NCBI GenBank assembly: GCA_030614005.1
Contig: JAUWKS010000018.1
Span: 1 to 32,000 of the forward strand
DNA: 32,000 nucleotides
Direction of reading: 5' to 3'
Source: Candidatus Heimdallarchaeota archaeon
GTDB lineage: Archaea > Asgardarchaeota > Heimdallarchaeia > JABLTI01
Every line of letters begins with the position of its first letter. Within the stretch, counting starts at the first letter, position 1. A program made the position numbers and the translations under genes. This document shows, piece by piece, positions 1 to 8,754 of the stretch. A model generated the notes under the pieces. It had not been told where the DNA came from, ran no database searches, and worked only from the letters and a program-made list of their open reading frames with translations.

Positions 1-30
1 CACGGGGCTGGAGCCTCGAAGGCTGTTGAC
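1..30. mobile_element. Possible terminal hairpin/end of an IS200/IS605-family element that lies mostly outside the window
   Basis: GC-rich CACGGGGCTGGAGCCTCGAAGGCTGTTGAC in AT-rich context. CGGGG(3-7) pairs with CCTCG(14-18), with one G.T pair, around CTGGAG, and the segment ends in GTTGAC. This resembles the stem-CTTTAG-stem...GTTGAC ends I associate with IS605/TnpB/IscB elements. Only 30 nt are visible and no transposase is in the window. Confidence 0.3.
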
Positions 31-173
31 TTTTTGGCAGTCAGTAAAGAACTATGCTTCTTCCTTGTTTAAAGTCCTTTTCTCTGGAGATTGCTGAAAG
101 TATTCCTCGTGCTAACACAAAATTACTTGATTTTCAATCGTTTATTCTTCTCCATGTCCTATTTGTCCATATT

Positions 174-548
174 TCATGACAGCAGTTGAAGCCCTTCGAA
201 AATTTCATCTCTAATTTCTACACTATGCCATTCAGCTATTCTTGCAGAAAGATTATCCATTGCGTTATACGATTCAAAAATGTCTATTGCCGTTTCGACA
301 AAATCATTTCTCTTAGCAAAATAAGCATAACTGTGTAATGCTAACAAGAATGTTAACACATCATCCTTTTCTTGTTTAACTAAATATTCTGTATAATCCA
401 CGACTTTATTGACTTCAATGGTATCAATAGTCTGTTGTTGCTTCTCAAGATAATTTTGATATTCACTTAAACTCTCTATGTAGTTTACAATTTTCTTTTC
501 ATCTGCTTTTTTGTTTACTAAATATTCTCTGAATTTTTTCTCATCCAT
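174..548 (-). CDS. Hypothetical helical protein, 124 aa, possibly C-terminally truncated
   Basis: ATG-started ORF with protein-like composition, divergent from pepT. No family recognised. Confidence 0.65.
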   Translation of the reverse strand: MDEKKFREYLVNKKADEKKIVNYIESLSEYQNYLEKQQQTIDTIEVNKVVDYTEYLVKQEKDDVLTFLLALHSYAYFAKRNDFVETAIDIFESYNAMDNLSARIAEWHSVEIRDEIFEGLQLLS

Positions 549-754
549 TGCTATTCACACCAAATGTCTTATTATTTTGTTAAAACAATGCTTATCTGAA
601 TTTAAACTTTCACAAAAACTTTAGAATTCATTCTTAGCTTAATGAGAAACACTTCGACCTACTTGTTTATTATTTATAATATGAGTTTCTACTTCAAGAA
701 ATCTAACGCAACCCTCAAAAACCAATTAAAGTAAGTATTTTTTGAAAAAAATAA

Positions 755-2026
755 TTGGAGATTACTATTTTGAAAATTAATACAGAGATACAGGCATTCT
801 TACAAGAAGACGCGAAGAAAAGATTTCTCGAATATGTAAAAATAGATACTACATCTGATGAAAATACCGGCACTTTTCCATCGACAGAAAAGCAATTTAA
901 TTTAGCAAAAATACTAGCAAAAGAACTGAAAGATTTGGGATTCCAAAATGTAACTATGGATGAATTTTGTTTTGTTTACGGAGATCTTCCTGCATCCAAA
1001 GGATTAGAAAAAGTACAAGCATTTGGGTTAGTTGCTCATATGGATACTTCTCCTGCAGAAAGTGGCGCAAACGTTGAACCAATAATTCACAAAAACTATA
1101 ACGGAAAAACAATCAAATATCCAAAAAATCCTGATATTCAATTAACAGTAGAAGATTCACCTGAATTGAAAAAGTTTATTGGAATGGATATTATTACGTC
1201 TTCCGGTGATACTCTTCTTGGAGCAGATGATAAATCCGGTATTGCTGGAATTATGGCTGCAGCAGCGGCTTGGCAAAAATATCCTGAATTAGCACATGGT
1301 CCTATCACAGTTTGTTTTACTCCTGATGAAGAAATCGGTCACGGTACAACGAAAATTAATATGGATCGATTGCCTAAGTTTTGTTATACTTTTGATGGTG
1401 GAGAAATCGGCGAATTGGAGATTGAGTGTTTTGATGCATGGAAAGCGACAATTATTTTTAAAGGTGTAAGTGTTCATCCAGGTTACTCCAAAAATCTCAT
1501 GGTTAATGCTATCGAAATTGCCAGTAGATTTGTCTCTCAAATCCCAGAAGCAGAAACGCCTCAAAATACTGAAAAGAGAGAAGGTTTTTACCATCTCTAC
1601 ACAATGGATGGCAACTGTGTAAAAGCTAAAACAGTTTTCATTTTGAGAGATTTTGAAAAAGCGAATAATGAGAAAAGAATGACTTATCTAACTAAATTGA
1701 AAGAAACATTCGAAGAGAGATATCCTGGATTAGCAATTGAATTAGAGTTCGTACATAGCTATGAAAATATGATTATCTATCTAAAAGAACATCCAGAAAT
1801 AATCTCCAAGGCTGCAGAAGCAATAAAACAAGCAGGTTTAGAATTACATGAGACTTTTATTCGTGGTGGAACAGATGGTGCCCGATTGAGTGCTAGAGGT
1901 ATCCCAACTCCAAATATCTTTGCTGGAGGTATCATGTTCCATTCATTGAAAGAATATATTCCAGTTCCAGCGTTGCAAAAATCTGCAGAAGTTGTTCTTT
2001 ATCTGGCAAAAAATTGGGCTGCCTAA
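755..2026 (+). CDS. pepT: Peptidase T (tripeptide aminopeptidase, M20B)
   Basis: Motifs RFLEYVKIDT, AHMDT, LGADDKSG, FTPDEEIG, VHPGYSK, IRGGTDG and FH. The true start may be the TTG at 770, downstream of GGAG at 757-760. Confidence 0.95.
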   Translation: MEITILKINTEIQAFLQEDAKKRFLEYVKIDTTSDENTGTFPSTEKQFNLAKILAKELKDLGFQNVTMDEFCFVYGDLPASKGLEKVQAFGLVAHMDTSPAESGANVEPIIHKNYNGKTIKYPKNPDIQLTVEDSPELKKFIGMDIITSSGDTLLGADDKSGIAGIMAAAAAWQKYPELAHGPITVCFTPDEEIGHGTTKINMDRLPKFCYTFDGGEIGELEIECFDAWKATIIFKGVSVHPGYSKNLMVNAIEIASRFVSQIPEAETPQNTEKREGFYHLYTMDGNCVKAKTVFILRDFEKANNEKRMTYLTKLKETFEERYPGLAIELEFVHSYENMIIYLKEHPEIISKAAEAIKQAGLELHETFIRGGTDGARLSARGIPTPNIFAGGIMFHSLKEYIPVPALQKSAEVVLYLAKNWAA

Positions 2027-2052
2027 ACAACATGGTATCATAGTTAAATGAC

Positions 2053-2100
2053 TCTGTAAAAATTAGGATTCAATTTTCAAGAGGTCCTAATATTTACAGA
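2053..2100. repeat. 16-bp inverted repeat (1 mismatch, 16-nt spacer) downstream of pepT
   Basis: TCTGTAAAAATTAGGA (2053-2068) versus TCCTAATATTTACAGA (2085-2100). Confidence 0.8.
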
Positions 2101-2206
2101 CTATCCCAATAACCAACTAATCAAAAAGTCATCAAATAAAAATGGTTTTTTTGTTCAACTTAAATAAAATGCCAAATTTTAGTACAAAATAGGCAGTATT
2201 TTTTTA

Positions 2207-2230
2207 TCTAGTAAAACTACAGATACTAGA
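2207..2230. promoter_or_regulatory. Candidate operator palindrome upstream of the AbrB-ACT regulator
   Basis: TCTAGTA-N10-TACTAGA ending 10 nt before the ATG at 2241. Confidence 0.35.
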
Positions 2231-2240
2231 GGAAAAAGTA

Positions 2241-2648
2241 ATGAGAGTTGTTGAAATCGTACGAGTAGATGCTCGCGGAAGAATAACAATGCCAACATCA
2301 CTTCGAGAAACGATTGGTATTGCTGAAGGAATGCATGTAATGTTGATTGGTGATTTAGAAAAACTTGAGGTTCGACTTTTACCTTTTGCTGATCCAGAAG
2401 CAGATCTATACGAATTGCATATTACACTTACAGATAAACCAGGTTCACTTGCTGAGATGGCTGCTTTTTTAGCAGAAAATAAAATAGATCTACTTTCAAG
2501 TCAATCTCGAACTTTGAGACGAGGTAAATCCGCTGAATGGTTTCTAATAGTTGATATGTCTAAAAGCATAAATGAATTGAAAAATATCTGTGACACAATT
2601 TCTGCTTCAGATGCTGCCGAAACAGCTGTCTTTAAGAAATTCCAATAA
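2241..2648 (+). CDS. AbrB/MazE/SpoVT-family DNA-binding protein fused to an ACT domain (archaeal amino-acid-responsive regulator)
   Basis: N-terminal VDARGRITMPTSLRETIGIAEG (AbrB signature). C-terminal LTDKPGSLAEMAAFLAENKIDL (ACT signature). Confidence 0.85.
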   Translation: MRVVEIVRVDARGRITMPTSLRETIGIAEGMHVMLIGDLEKLEVRLLPFADPEADLYELHITLTDKPGSLAEMAAFLAENKIDLLSSQSRTLRRGKSAEWFLIVDMSKSINELKNICDTISASDAAETAVFKKFQ

Positions 2649-2823
2649 AATGAGAAATTAGTGGAATATTTGACTATTTTTCAATCAATTTCCCCTTTTC
2701 ATCCACTCTATTTAAGTCTCCATTCAAAACTTTTAATTATAAAATAATGTACTTCTTTCAAAGGGATACATTCAAGACTATTTATCTAACTAATATGACT
2801 TGCTTGGAGCGTGTAAGTAAGAA

Positions 2824-3594
2824 ATGAGTAATGAAAAAAAATCATCTAAAAAAGCTAAAACAAAAAAGGCATCTACTAGTATAGCAAAGAAGAAAACATC
2901 CTCTTCAACTAAAAAGAAAACAAGTAAGCAACCGAAGACAAAACCAAAACAACCAAAGAAAGAGGATTTTGAAGCAGATGGCGTTGATGATTCTCTCCTC
3001 CTAGATGGAATAAACTATATTGAGGATAACAAACTAGATACTGCTTTAGAAGCATTTGAAGCATTCTCAACTCAATACCCCAAAAACCACTTTGGTTGGT
3101 ACTATATTGGGTACACAAAGATGCTTCAAGATAAGAAGAAAGTCGCTGTTAGGAATTTCAAAAAAGCCTCTAAATTGAATAAAGACTTTTTACCTAGTCG
3201 ATATTACGAAGGATTAGTAGAGTTTGAAAAAAATGACTTTATATCTGCGCTCAAAATTTTCGATGGTATAATGGATAAATTCAATACTGATGTAATCAAA
3301 GAAAGCAATTTTAATATTCCTTATTTCATTGGTATTTGCCACCATTATTTGGGAAATCTATTACGAGCAGAAGAATATTTCTTATTTGCTTATAATATGT
3401 CTCCTGATGATCCTGTTGTTCTTTATTACAAGGGATTCAATGAATTGGCTATGAAACATTACGATTTTGCTATGGAAACTTTCAAGAATTTACTGATGGT
3501 AGATATGAATTACCAAACCTTCTGGGATTTAGTCAAAGGTTATAGCTATTACTATCATCAAGCAGAAGATAAGAAAAAATCTGAGGAAGAATAA
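2824..3594 (+). CDS. TPR-repeat protein with a Lys/Ser/Thr-rich N-terminal tail
   Basis: Repeating TPR-like helices (WYYIGYTKML..A..NFKKA, YFIGICHHYLG, LYYKGFNELAM). 19 of the first 46 residues are Lys. Confidence 0.85.
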   Translation: MSNEKKSSKKAKTKKASTSIAKKKTSSSTKKKTSKQPKTKPKQPKKEDFEADGVDDSLLLDGINYIEDNKLDTALEAFEAFSTQYPKNHFGWYYIGYTKMLQDKKKVAVRNFKKASKLNKDFLPSRYYEGLVEFEKNDFISALKIFDGIMDKFNTDVIKESNFNIPYFIGICHHYLGNLLRAEEYFLFAYNMSPDDPVVLYYKGFNELAMKHYDFAMETFKNLLMVDMNYQTFWDLVKGYSYYYHQAEDKKKSEEE

Positions 3595-3640
3595 GAAATT
3601 CTTCTCTTTCTTTTACTTTCTCTTTTACAATTTCGGTTTT
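3595..3640 (+). terminator. T-rich archaeal-type terminator
   Basis: Pyrimidine/T-rich tract (ttcttctctttcttttactttctctttt) immediately after the stop codon. Confidence 0.45.
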
Positions 3641-3724
3641 TTAGAGAAGAAATTTATTAAATGCATTTGTAATTAGAAACTCTGCAAGAAATAATACCAA
3701 GAAAAATAACTGGAAGAAGAAACT

Positions 3725-5791
3725 TTGACTGTTAAAAGACTACACTCGCTCCTTTCTAATGAAGAGCAGGAATTAATCAAATTAATTGGTACTATCTCAA
3801 AACGCTATTCTTGGGAAACAAAAAACCATCTCATACAAAGAGCTCAGTTAAAAAAGAAAAAGGATGCTAAAAGAACCAAATTTTTCCAAAAAATAGACTC
3901 AAAACGAAAAAAACACAAATTTGAAGAGCGAATGAAAATACCACTTCTTCCATTACTTCTAAGTCAAGCTCTTACGCAGGGTATTCCTTTAAGGGAACCT
4001 AATCGTAAGAAAGGTAGTAGAGAGGAACCACAACAATTGCTTGTAGATGTTCAAGAGAAATTCATTTCATCACAAGAATTCAAGCAATTTATTAAAGAGA
4101 ATGAACTTTTCGCGGAAAACGATCTTGTTGAAGAACTACCATTAAATGACTTGCAATTTATCCCAGATAAAATGTATTTACAAAGAATAGATGCTGATAA
4201 TACCAAAATTTTAGTAAAAATGTTTGTTGATTGGGGGTACCTTTCAGAAGACAAAACACCATTATTTGTTGATGATAAAGGGAATGAACTTGCTTATTGC
4301 TTAATTCATGTTTCTGATGTAGAAAATAAATCTGTAAGTGTGTATCCTCTATTACATAGGTCTCATTATTTTAGTGACGCTGAGCAAACTGCAGATTCAT
4401 TATTTATTGGTATGATTTCTGGATTGAAACCTGATACAAAATATAAGTATAGAATTGAATGCTATAAGAAAGATTGTTCTACCCTATTTGCTGGAACAAA
4501 ATTCTTTGAGTTCAGAACATCCTTTAACTTGGATGAAAAAAATAAACCATTCTTCTTCTCAGTGAGTTCCGATTTGCATGGAGGTAGAGGTGGTGGATTT
4601 TTGCGTGGGAAAGTCGAAGCCGCTATACCAAAAGGGAACACCGATTTAGGGAGAGTATTTCGATGTTTGGCCGCAACAGAACAGAAAGTCACCTTCGGTG
4701 AAGGGTATTCTTTAACAGTAGCAACTGGTGATTTAACTGAAAATGCGTTTTATAGTGAATATTGGTCTGATTTATTTACAAGATGCAGTCCTTTGTGGAA
4801 CCATGTTCCTCTTTTAACCGCTATTGGAAATCACGATTATTATACTGGAGGCACAGGTCGGGGACATGTATTGGGTGGTTCAGAAGAAGATTGCAGATAT
4901 TGGCACAAGTATATTACAAATCCAGTAACAGGTCCTGGAGTGTTACCAGGTCATTGGTATTCTATTGACCAAGGTAACGTCCATATGATTTTCCTAGATA
5001 CAAATGGAACAGGATGGGGAAAATACGAGATTGATTGCAAATCAGCTCAATGGCATTGGCTTGAAAATGATCTAAAAACGTGGCGAGAAAAATTAGATCG
5101 AGGAGAAAAAGCACCTGAAATCTGTCTTGTATTCTTTCATTCAGCAATAATTAGTTGTGGATTTTGGGGGCAAGGATTTGATTGGGGAAATGATGAAAAA
5201 GTACAATCCTATCTAACACCCTTATTTAGAAAATATGGTGTAAGGATGGTAATCTTTGGACACGACCATATTTATCAGCGAACAAAATGGATGGACACGC
5301 ATTATCTTGTAAATGGACGTCATGGTGGAACTATGAGACCCGACTTCTTTTTCTTGAGAAATCGTGCATTATTTGATATTAATAGATCCAGTAACAATAG
5401 AACTACAAGAGTCTATACTACTCTTTTCGTTCCTCCAAATAGTAAACACTATGCCGATGAAGAGCAAAATGAATTTAAACTATTCAAGCAAAAAATCCGT
5501 GCCCAATTATTGAATGAACCTACGAGCAGTTTCTTTTTCTTCGGCCTTAGGAGAAATAATGTCCAAATTGGACGCATTTTCGATAAACATAAGGTAAAAA
5601 AAGAGAAACTTATAGATGATTTTGTTCTATCTAAGTTGAACACTCATTTATGGTTGAGGTCATTTGCTGTAGAACTTCACTCAAAACCTGAAGAAAGGGA
5701 AATATTCGATATGGCATTTATTAGAATGTCTCCAGTTGATACACAAGATAAACATTATATTTTTTCATGTCCAGAAAAAGTGGTAAATTAA
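3725..5791 (+). CDS. Calcineurin-like metallophosphoesterase (FN3-like plus PAP-type catalytic domain) with a basic N-terminal extension
   Basis: Metal-binding motifs SSDLHG, TGDL, GNHD, FFH and GHDH. The preceding GLKPDTKYKYRI is typical of the FN3 module before PAP domains. TTG start uncertain. Confidence 0.85.
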   Translation: MTVKRLHSLLSNEEQELIKLIGTISKRYSWETKNHLIQRAQLKKKKDAKRTKFFQKIDSKRKKHKFEERMKIPLLPLLLSQALTQGIPLREPNRKKGSREEPQQLLVDVQEKFISSQEFKQFIKENELFAENDLVEELPLNDLQFIPDKMYLQRIDADNTKILVKMFVDWGYLSEDKTPLFVDDKGNELAYCLIHVSDVENKSVSVYPLLHRSHYFSDAEQTADSLFIGMISGLKPDTKYKYRIECYKKDCSTLFAGTKFFEFRTSFNLDEKNKPFFFSVSSDLHGGRGGGFLRGKVEAAIPKGNTDLGRVFRCLAATEQKVTFGEGYSLTVATGDLTENAFYSEYWSDLFTRCSPLWNHVPLLTAIGNHDYYTGGTGRGHVLGGSEEDCRYWHKYITNPVTGPGVLPGHWYSIDQGNVHMIFLDTNGTGWGKYEIDCKSAQWHWLENDLKTWREKLDRGEKAPEICLVFFHSAIISCGFWGQGFDWGNDEKVQSYLTPLFRKYGVRMVIFGHDHIYQRTKWMDTHYLVNGRHGGTMRPDFFFLRNRALFDINRSSNNRTTRVYTTLFVPPNSKHYADEEQNEFKLFKQKIRAQLLNEPTSSFFFFGLRRNNVQIGRIFDKHKVKKEKLIDDFVLSKLNTHLWLRSFAVELHSKPEEREIFDMAFIRMSPVDTQDKHYIFSCPEKVVN

Positions 5792-5933
5792 AGGTAGAAT
5801 ATTTGTTCAAATGGGTTTATGAAATGACACATGAAAAATTGATTATTTAAACACTATTCACATATGAGAGGAAACTTTATATCAAGAACGAATCACTTTG
5901 ATTCCAATAAATGAGTTTTTTAGGTGAAAAACC

Positions 5934-7214
5934 TTGGCTGATCTTAAAAAGAAATTACTAATATCAGATGATAAGCTAAAAACTATCAATGACTTCTTTC
6001 TCAAAGAAGATAATCCATTGATTAATGATTTATTAGCCGTCGTTGAAAAATACGGTGGAGTAGATGAAATAAATAAAAAAGCTAACGAAGCACGCCAAAT
6101 GGATACTTTGCTAGCTAAATTGGAAAAAGTTAAACCAGAATATATCAAAGACTTGAACTGGTTAACGGAACAACGCGATAATGATGCATTCATTAGCCTT
6201 GCAGATTATCGTAAGAAGATTCTCGGTGATAAAGCTGCTACAATGACTTTTAATGAGTCAACAGCAGTTACGCTCGAAATAAGCGCCTGCCAATACTTTC
6301 CATTCTTAATTGCTGAAGCAAAAAAAGCAATTGAGAACCAAGACTTAATGCCCGCAAGATATATTCGCGTTAGGAAAATGAAAGAGCAAGAAGAAGACGG
6401 TGATTTACTTGCAATGGCTGTAGCAATGCAAATTGTTGGTGCATCTTACGTAGAAACATTGGACACAAAAGGAACTGCTCCAGGACCAGATGGTCTGCCA
6501 GTAAATATTCACCTTGGTGGTCCAGCAACTATTACCGGCTATTTTGGTGGAGTTGGTCAACCAAATGATTTTGGGATTAAATGGGTTGACGAATTCTTGT
6601 ATTATTACACAAAATATGGTATTAAGCAAGTTTTGAACATCAATCCTGGTACCGTATTGCTTGGCTATATGTTACACAAATTAGGTGTTGATATGGAATT
6701 CAAAATCTCAGTTTATATGGGAAATGATAATCCATATGGGTGTTTCTGGACATTGATGACTGCTAAACTCTTTAGCAGAGAAGACGGAACAAGTCCATTG
6801 ATTGGTTTTAATCTATCAAATTCTGCTAACAATGAAACTATAGAAGCTACTGCAGACTTTAGAAAAGATTTTGGTTTTGAAGACATAGTTCGGTTTGAGC
6901 ATCATATAACTGAAACCTACAAGAGCATTGTGAGACAACCATACGATCGAACCGATGAACTTATTGAGTTAGCAAAGACAGTGAAGAATGTAAGTGCCAA
7001 ACACGAAGGTGGAAAAATGGCAATAGAAGAAAAACGTGAATATCAATCAGATATCTTGGACTACTTTAGAGATAAATCCGAAATAATTGAATCTGGTGAT
7101 ATGGATAATATGCAGATCAATTATCTAGACAAACATCATTCATTGAATTTCACTGCAGAAGCTTTGACCAAGAATGGTTTGTGCTTTATAGCTGCAAAGA
7201 ATTTACACAAATGA
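5934..7214 (+). CDS. Uncharacterised protein, 426 aa, probably an enzyme (alpha/beta barrel-like)
   Basis: Long ORF. AGGTGA RBS precedes the TTG start. Gly-rich and His/Glu/Asp-rich segments (LDTKG, GGVGQPN, FEHH, SAKHEGG). Ends 25 nt before the aldolase-Fae gene. Confidence 0.8.
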   Translation: MADLKKKLLISDDKLKTINDFFLKEDNPLINDLLAVVEKYGGVDEINKKANEARQMDTLLAKLEKVKPEYIKDLNWLTEQRDNDAFISLADYRKKILGDKAATMTFNESTAVTLEISACQYFPFLIAEAKKAIENQDLMPARYIRVRKMKEQEEDGDLLAMAVAMQIVGASYVETLDTKGTAPGPDGLPVNIHLGGPATITGYFGGVGQPNDFGIKWVDEFLYYYTKYGIKQVLNINPGTVLLGYMLHKLGVDMEFKISVYMGNDNPYGCFWTLMTAKLFSREDGTSPLIGFNLSNSANNETIEATADFRKDFGFEDIVRFEHHITETYKSIVRQPYDRTDELIELAKTVKNVSAKHEGGKMAIEEKREYQSDILDYFRDKSEIIESGDMDNMQINYLDKHHSLNFTAEALTKNGLCFIAAKNLHK

Positions 7215-7239
7215 ATAATGTTTATAGGAGCTAAAAATA

Positions 7240-8754
7240 TTGGCTAAATTCTTACCTGGAGGAGTAAGCCCAGCGTTGGTAACTCCTTTTACAAAAAAAG
7301 ATGAACTTGATGAAGAAGCCTATCGAAAACTGATTAGATTTGTTATCGATGACTTAGGTGTCACGGGGATTGTTCCCGCGGGTTCGACCGGTGAATTCTC
7401 CTCTCTCTTTTGGGATGAACAAAAGAGAGTGATAGAAATTGCTGTCGATGAAGCAAATGGAAAAGTAGATGTAATGGCTGGTACTGGAACCAGTGGAACT
7501 AAACGAACTATCGCAATGACCAAACATGCAAAAGATGTTGGTGCAGATGCTGCATTAGTTATTACTCCTTATTATATGAAACCGACTCAAAGAGGAATGT
7601 ACAAACACTATTCAACACTTGCAGACAAAGTAGATATGCCAATAATGTTGTATCAATTGCCAGCTTTAACAGATGTGGTTTTACCACGAATGGTTGTTGA
7701 AGATTTAGCAGTTGAACATGAGAATATTGTTGGTATGAAGTGTTCTTGGGGGAACATGGCTTATCTTATGGAAATACTCGAGAGAGTAAAACCTGTTGCT
7801 CCAGATTTCAAAATTTTATGTGGTTGGGATGAAATTGTATTCCCAGCGCTCGCTGCAGGTGTGGATGGTTGTATCCTTGCTTCAGCTAATTTCATTGGAG
7901 ACCATTGGGTTATAATTAAGAAATTGGTTGATGCTGGAAAAATGGAAGAAGCACGCAAAGCTGAAATGGTAATTCACAAATTAACCCGTATTGCCGTGAA
8001 AACAGGTGGTGCAGGAGCTAAAGAAGCCCTTAATATGATGGGCGTGAAAGTTCGAAAACCAAGATTACCATTAGAAATCGGTGGAAGTATCAGTCACGAG
8101 CTTCGTTCTGAATTGCGTCTCGAACTTGAGAGAATTGGTAAGATCAAGAAAGAAGTTAAAATTGCTTTACCAGAAACCAAAGAGAAAATCGAAGAACGAT
8201 TTGGAGCGGTGGAAATTTCACTCGAAACAATACTCCAAAACAAACTCTTGGTTGGTGAAGGCTTCTTTGGTGGCGATCGACCAGAAATGGCCCACATAGA
8301 TCTTCTAATCGGTCCTCGCGATGGACCAGTCGGAGTAGCTTTTGCAAAAGGCATTGCTTTAGTGAAAGACGATCCTTCTACAGTCGAAGGACACGAACCA
8401 TTGCTAGCACTTCTTGAAACCAATGAGTCAGTGAAACCTGAGACATTGTTAGTTCCTAAAGTATTCATTCGAAATCTACGACAGGCTGCGATGGTCTTTG
8501 GACCAGTACAATCAGGTGTTGCTAAAGCAGTTATAGAATGTGTGAAAGATGGTTTTATTCCTGAAAAGTATGTTAAAGATCTAGTTATTATTGCTAGTGT
8601 CTTTGTACATCCTACAGCTGTCTCGAGAAATCGAGTATATGTGAATAACAAAAAAGCAACTGTTATGGCTATTAGAAACGCCATAGAAGGAAAACCAGAT
8701 TTAGACTACTTATTTGATGCACCCGGAAGGCATCCACTAAAGAATGAACCTTAG
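7240..8754 (+). CDS. fae: DHDPS-family class I aldolase fused to a C-terminal formaldehyde-activating enzyme (Fae) domain
   Basis: N-domain: ALVTPF, GSTGE, TPYY, MLYQLP and Schiff-base Lys in VGMKCS. C-domain from about 8245: LVGEG..AHIDLLIGPRDG..KPETLLVPKV..RQAAMVFGPVQSGVAKAV..VFVHP, matching the Fae family. AGGAG RBS before the TTG. Confidence 0.9.
   Translation: MAKFLPGGVSPALVTPFTKKDELDEEAYRKLIRFVIDDLGVTGIVPAGSTGEFSSLFWDEQKRVIEIAVDEANGKVDVMAGTGTSGTKRTIAMTKHAKDVGADAALVITPYYMKPTQRGMYKHYSTLADKVDMPIMLYQLPALTDVVLPRMVVEDLAVEHENIVGMKCSWGNMAYLMEILERVKPVAPDFKILCGWDEIVFPALAAGVDGCILASANFIGDHWVIIKKLVDAGKMEEARKAEMVIHKLTRIAVKTGGAGAKEALNMMGVKVRKPRLPLEIGGSISHELRSELRLELERIGKIKKEVKIALPETKEKIEERFGAVEISLETILQNKLLVGEGFFGGDRPEMAHIDLLIGPRDGPVGVAFAKGIALVKDDPSTVEGHEPLLALLETNESVKPETLLVPKVFIRNLRQAAMVFGPVQSGVAKAVIECVKDGFIPEKYVKDLVIIASVFVHPTAVSRNRVYVNNKKATVMAIRNAIEGKPDLDYLFDAPGRHPLKNEP

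Noticed and set aside
143-178. ATGA-overlapping mini-ORF MKYGQIGHGEE* after the 124-aa gene
   Set aside because: Only 11 codons, and the downstream frames are full of stops, so there is no supportable homology.
7240-8140. Calling the aldolase domain dapA and inferring a lysine pathway with the LysA-like gene
   Set aside because: The DapA Arg138 position is Leu, the LysA-like protein lacks the catalytic Cys motif, the genes are about 15 kb apart, and no dapB/asd/dapF is in the window.
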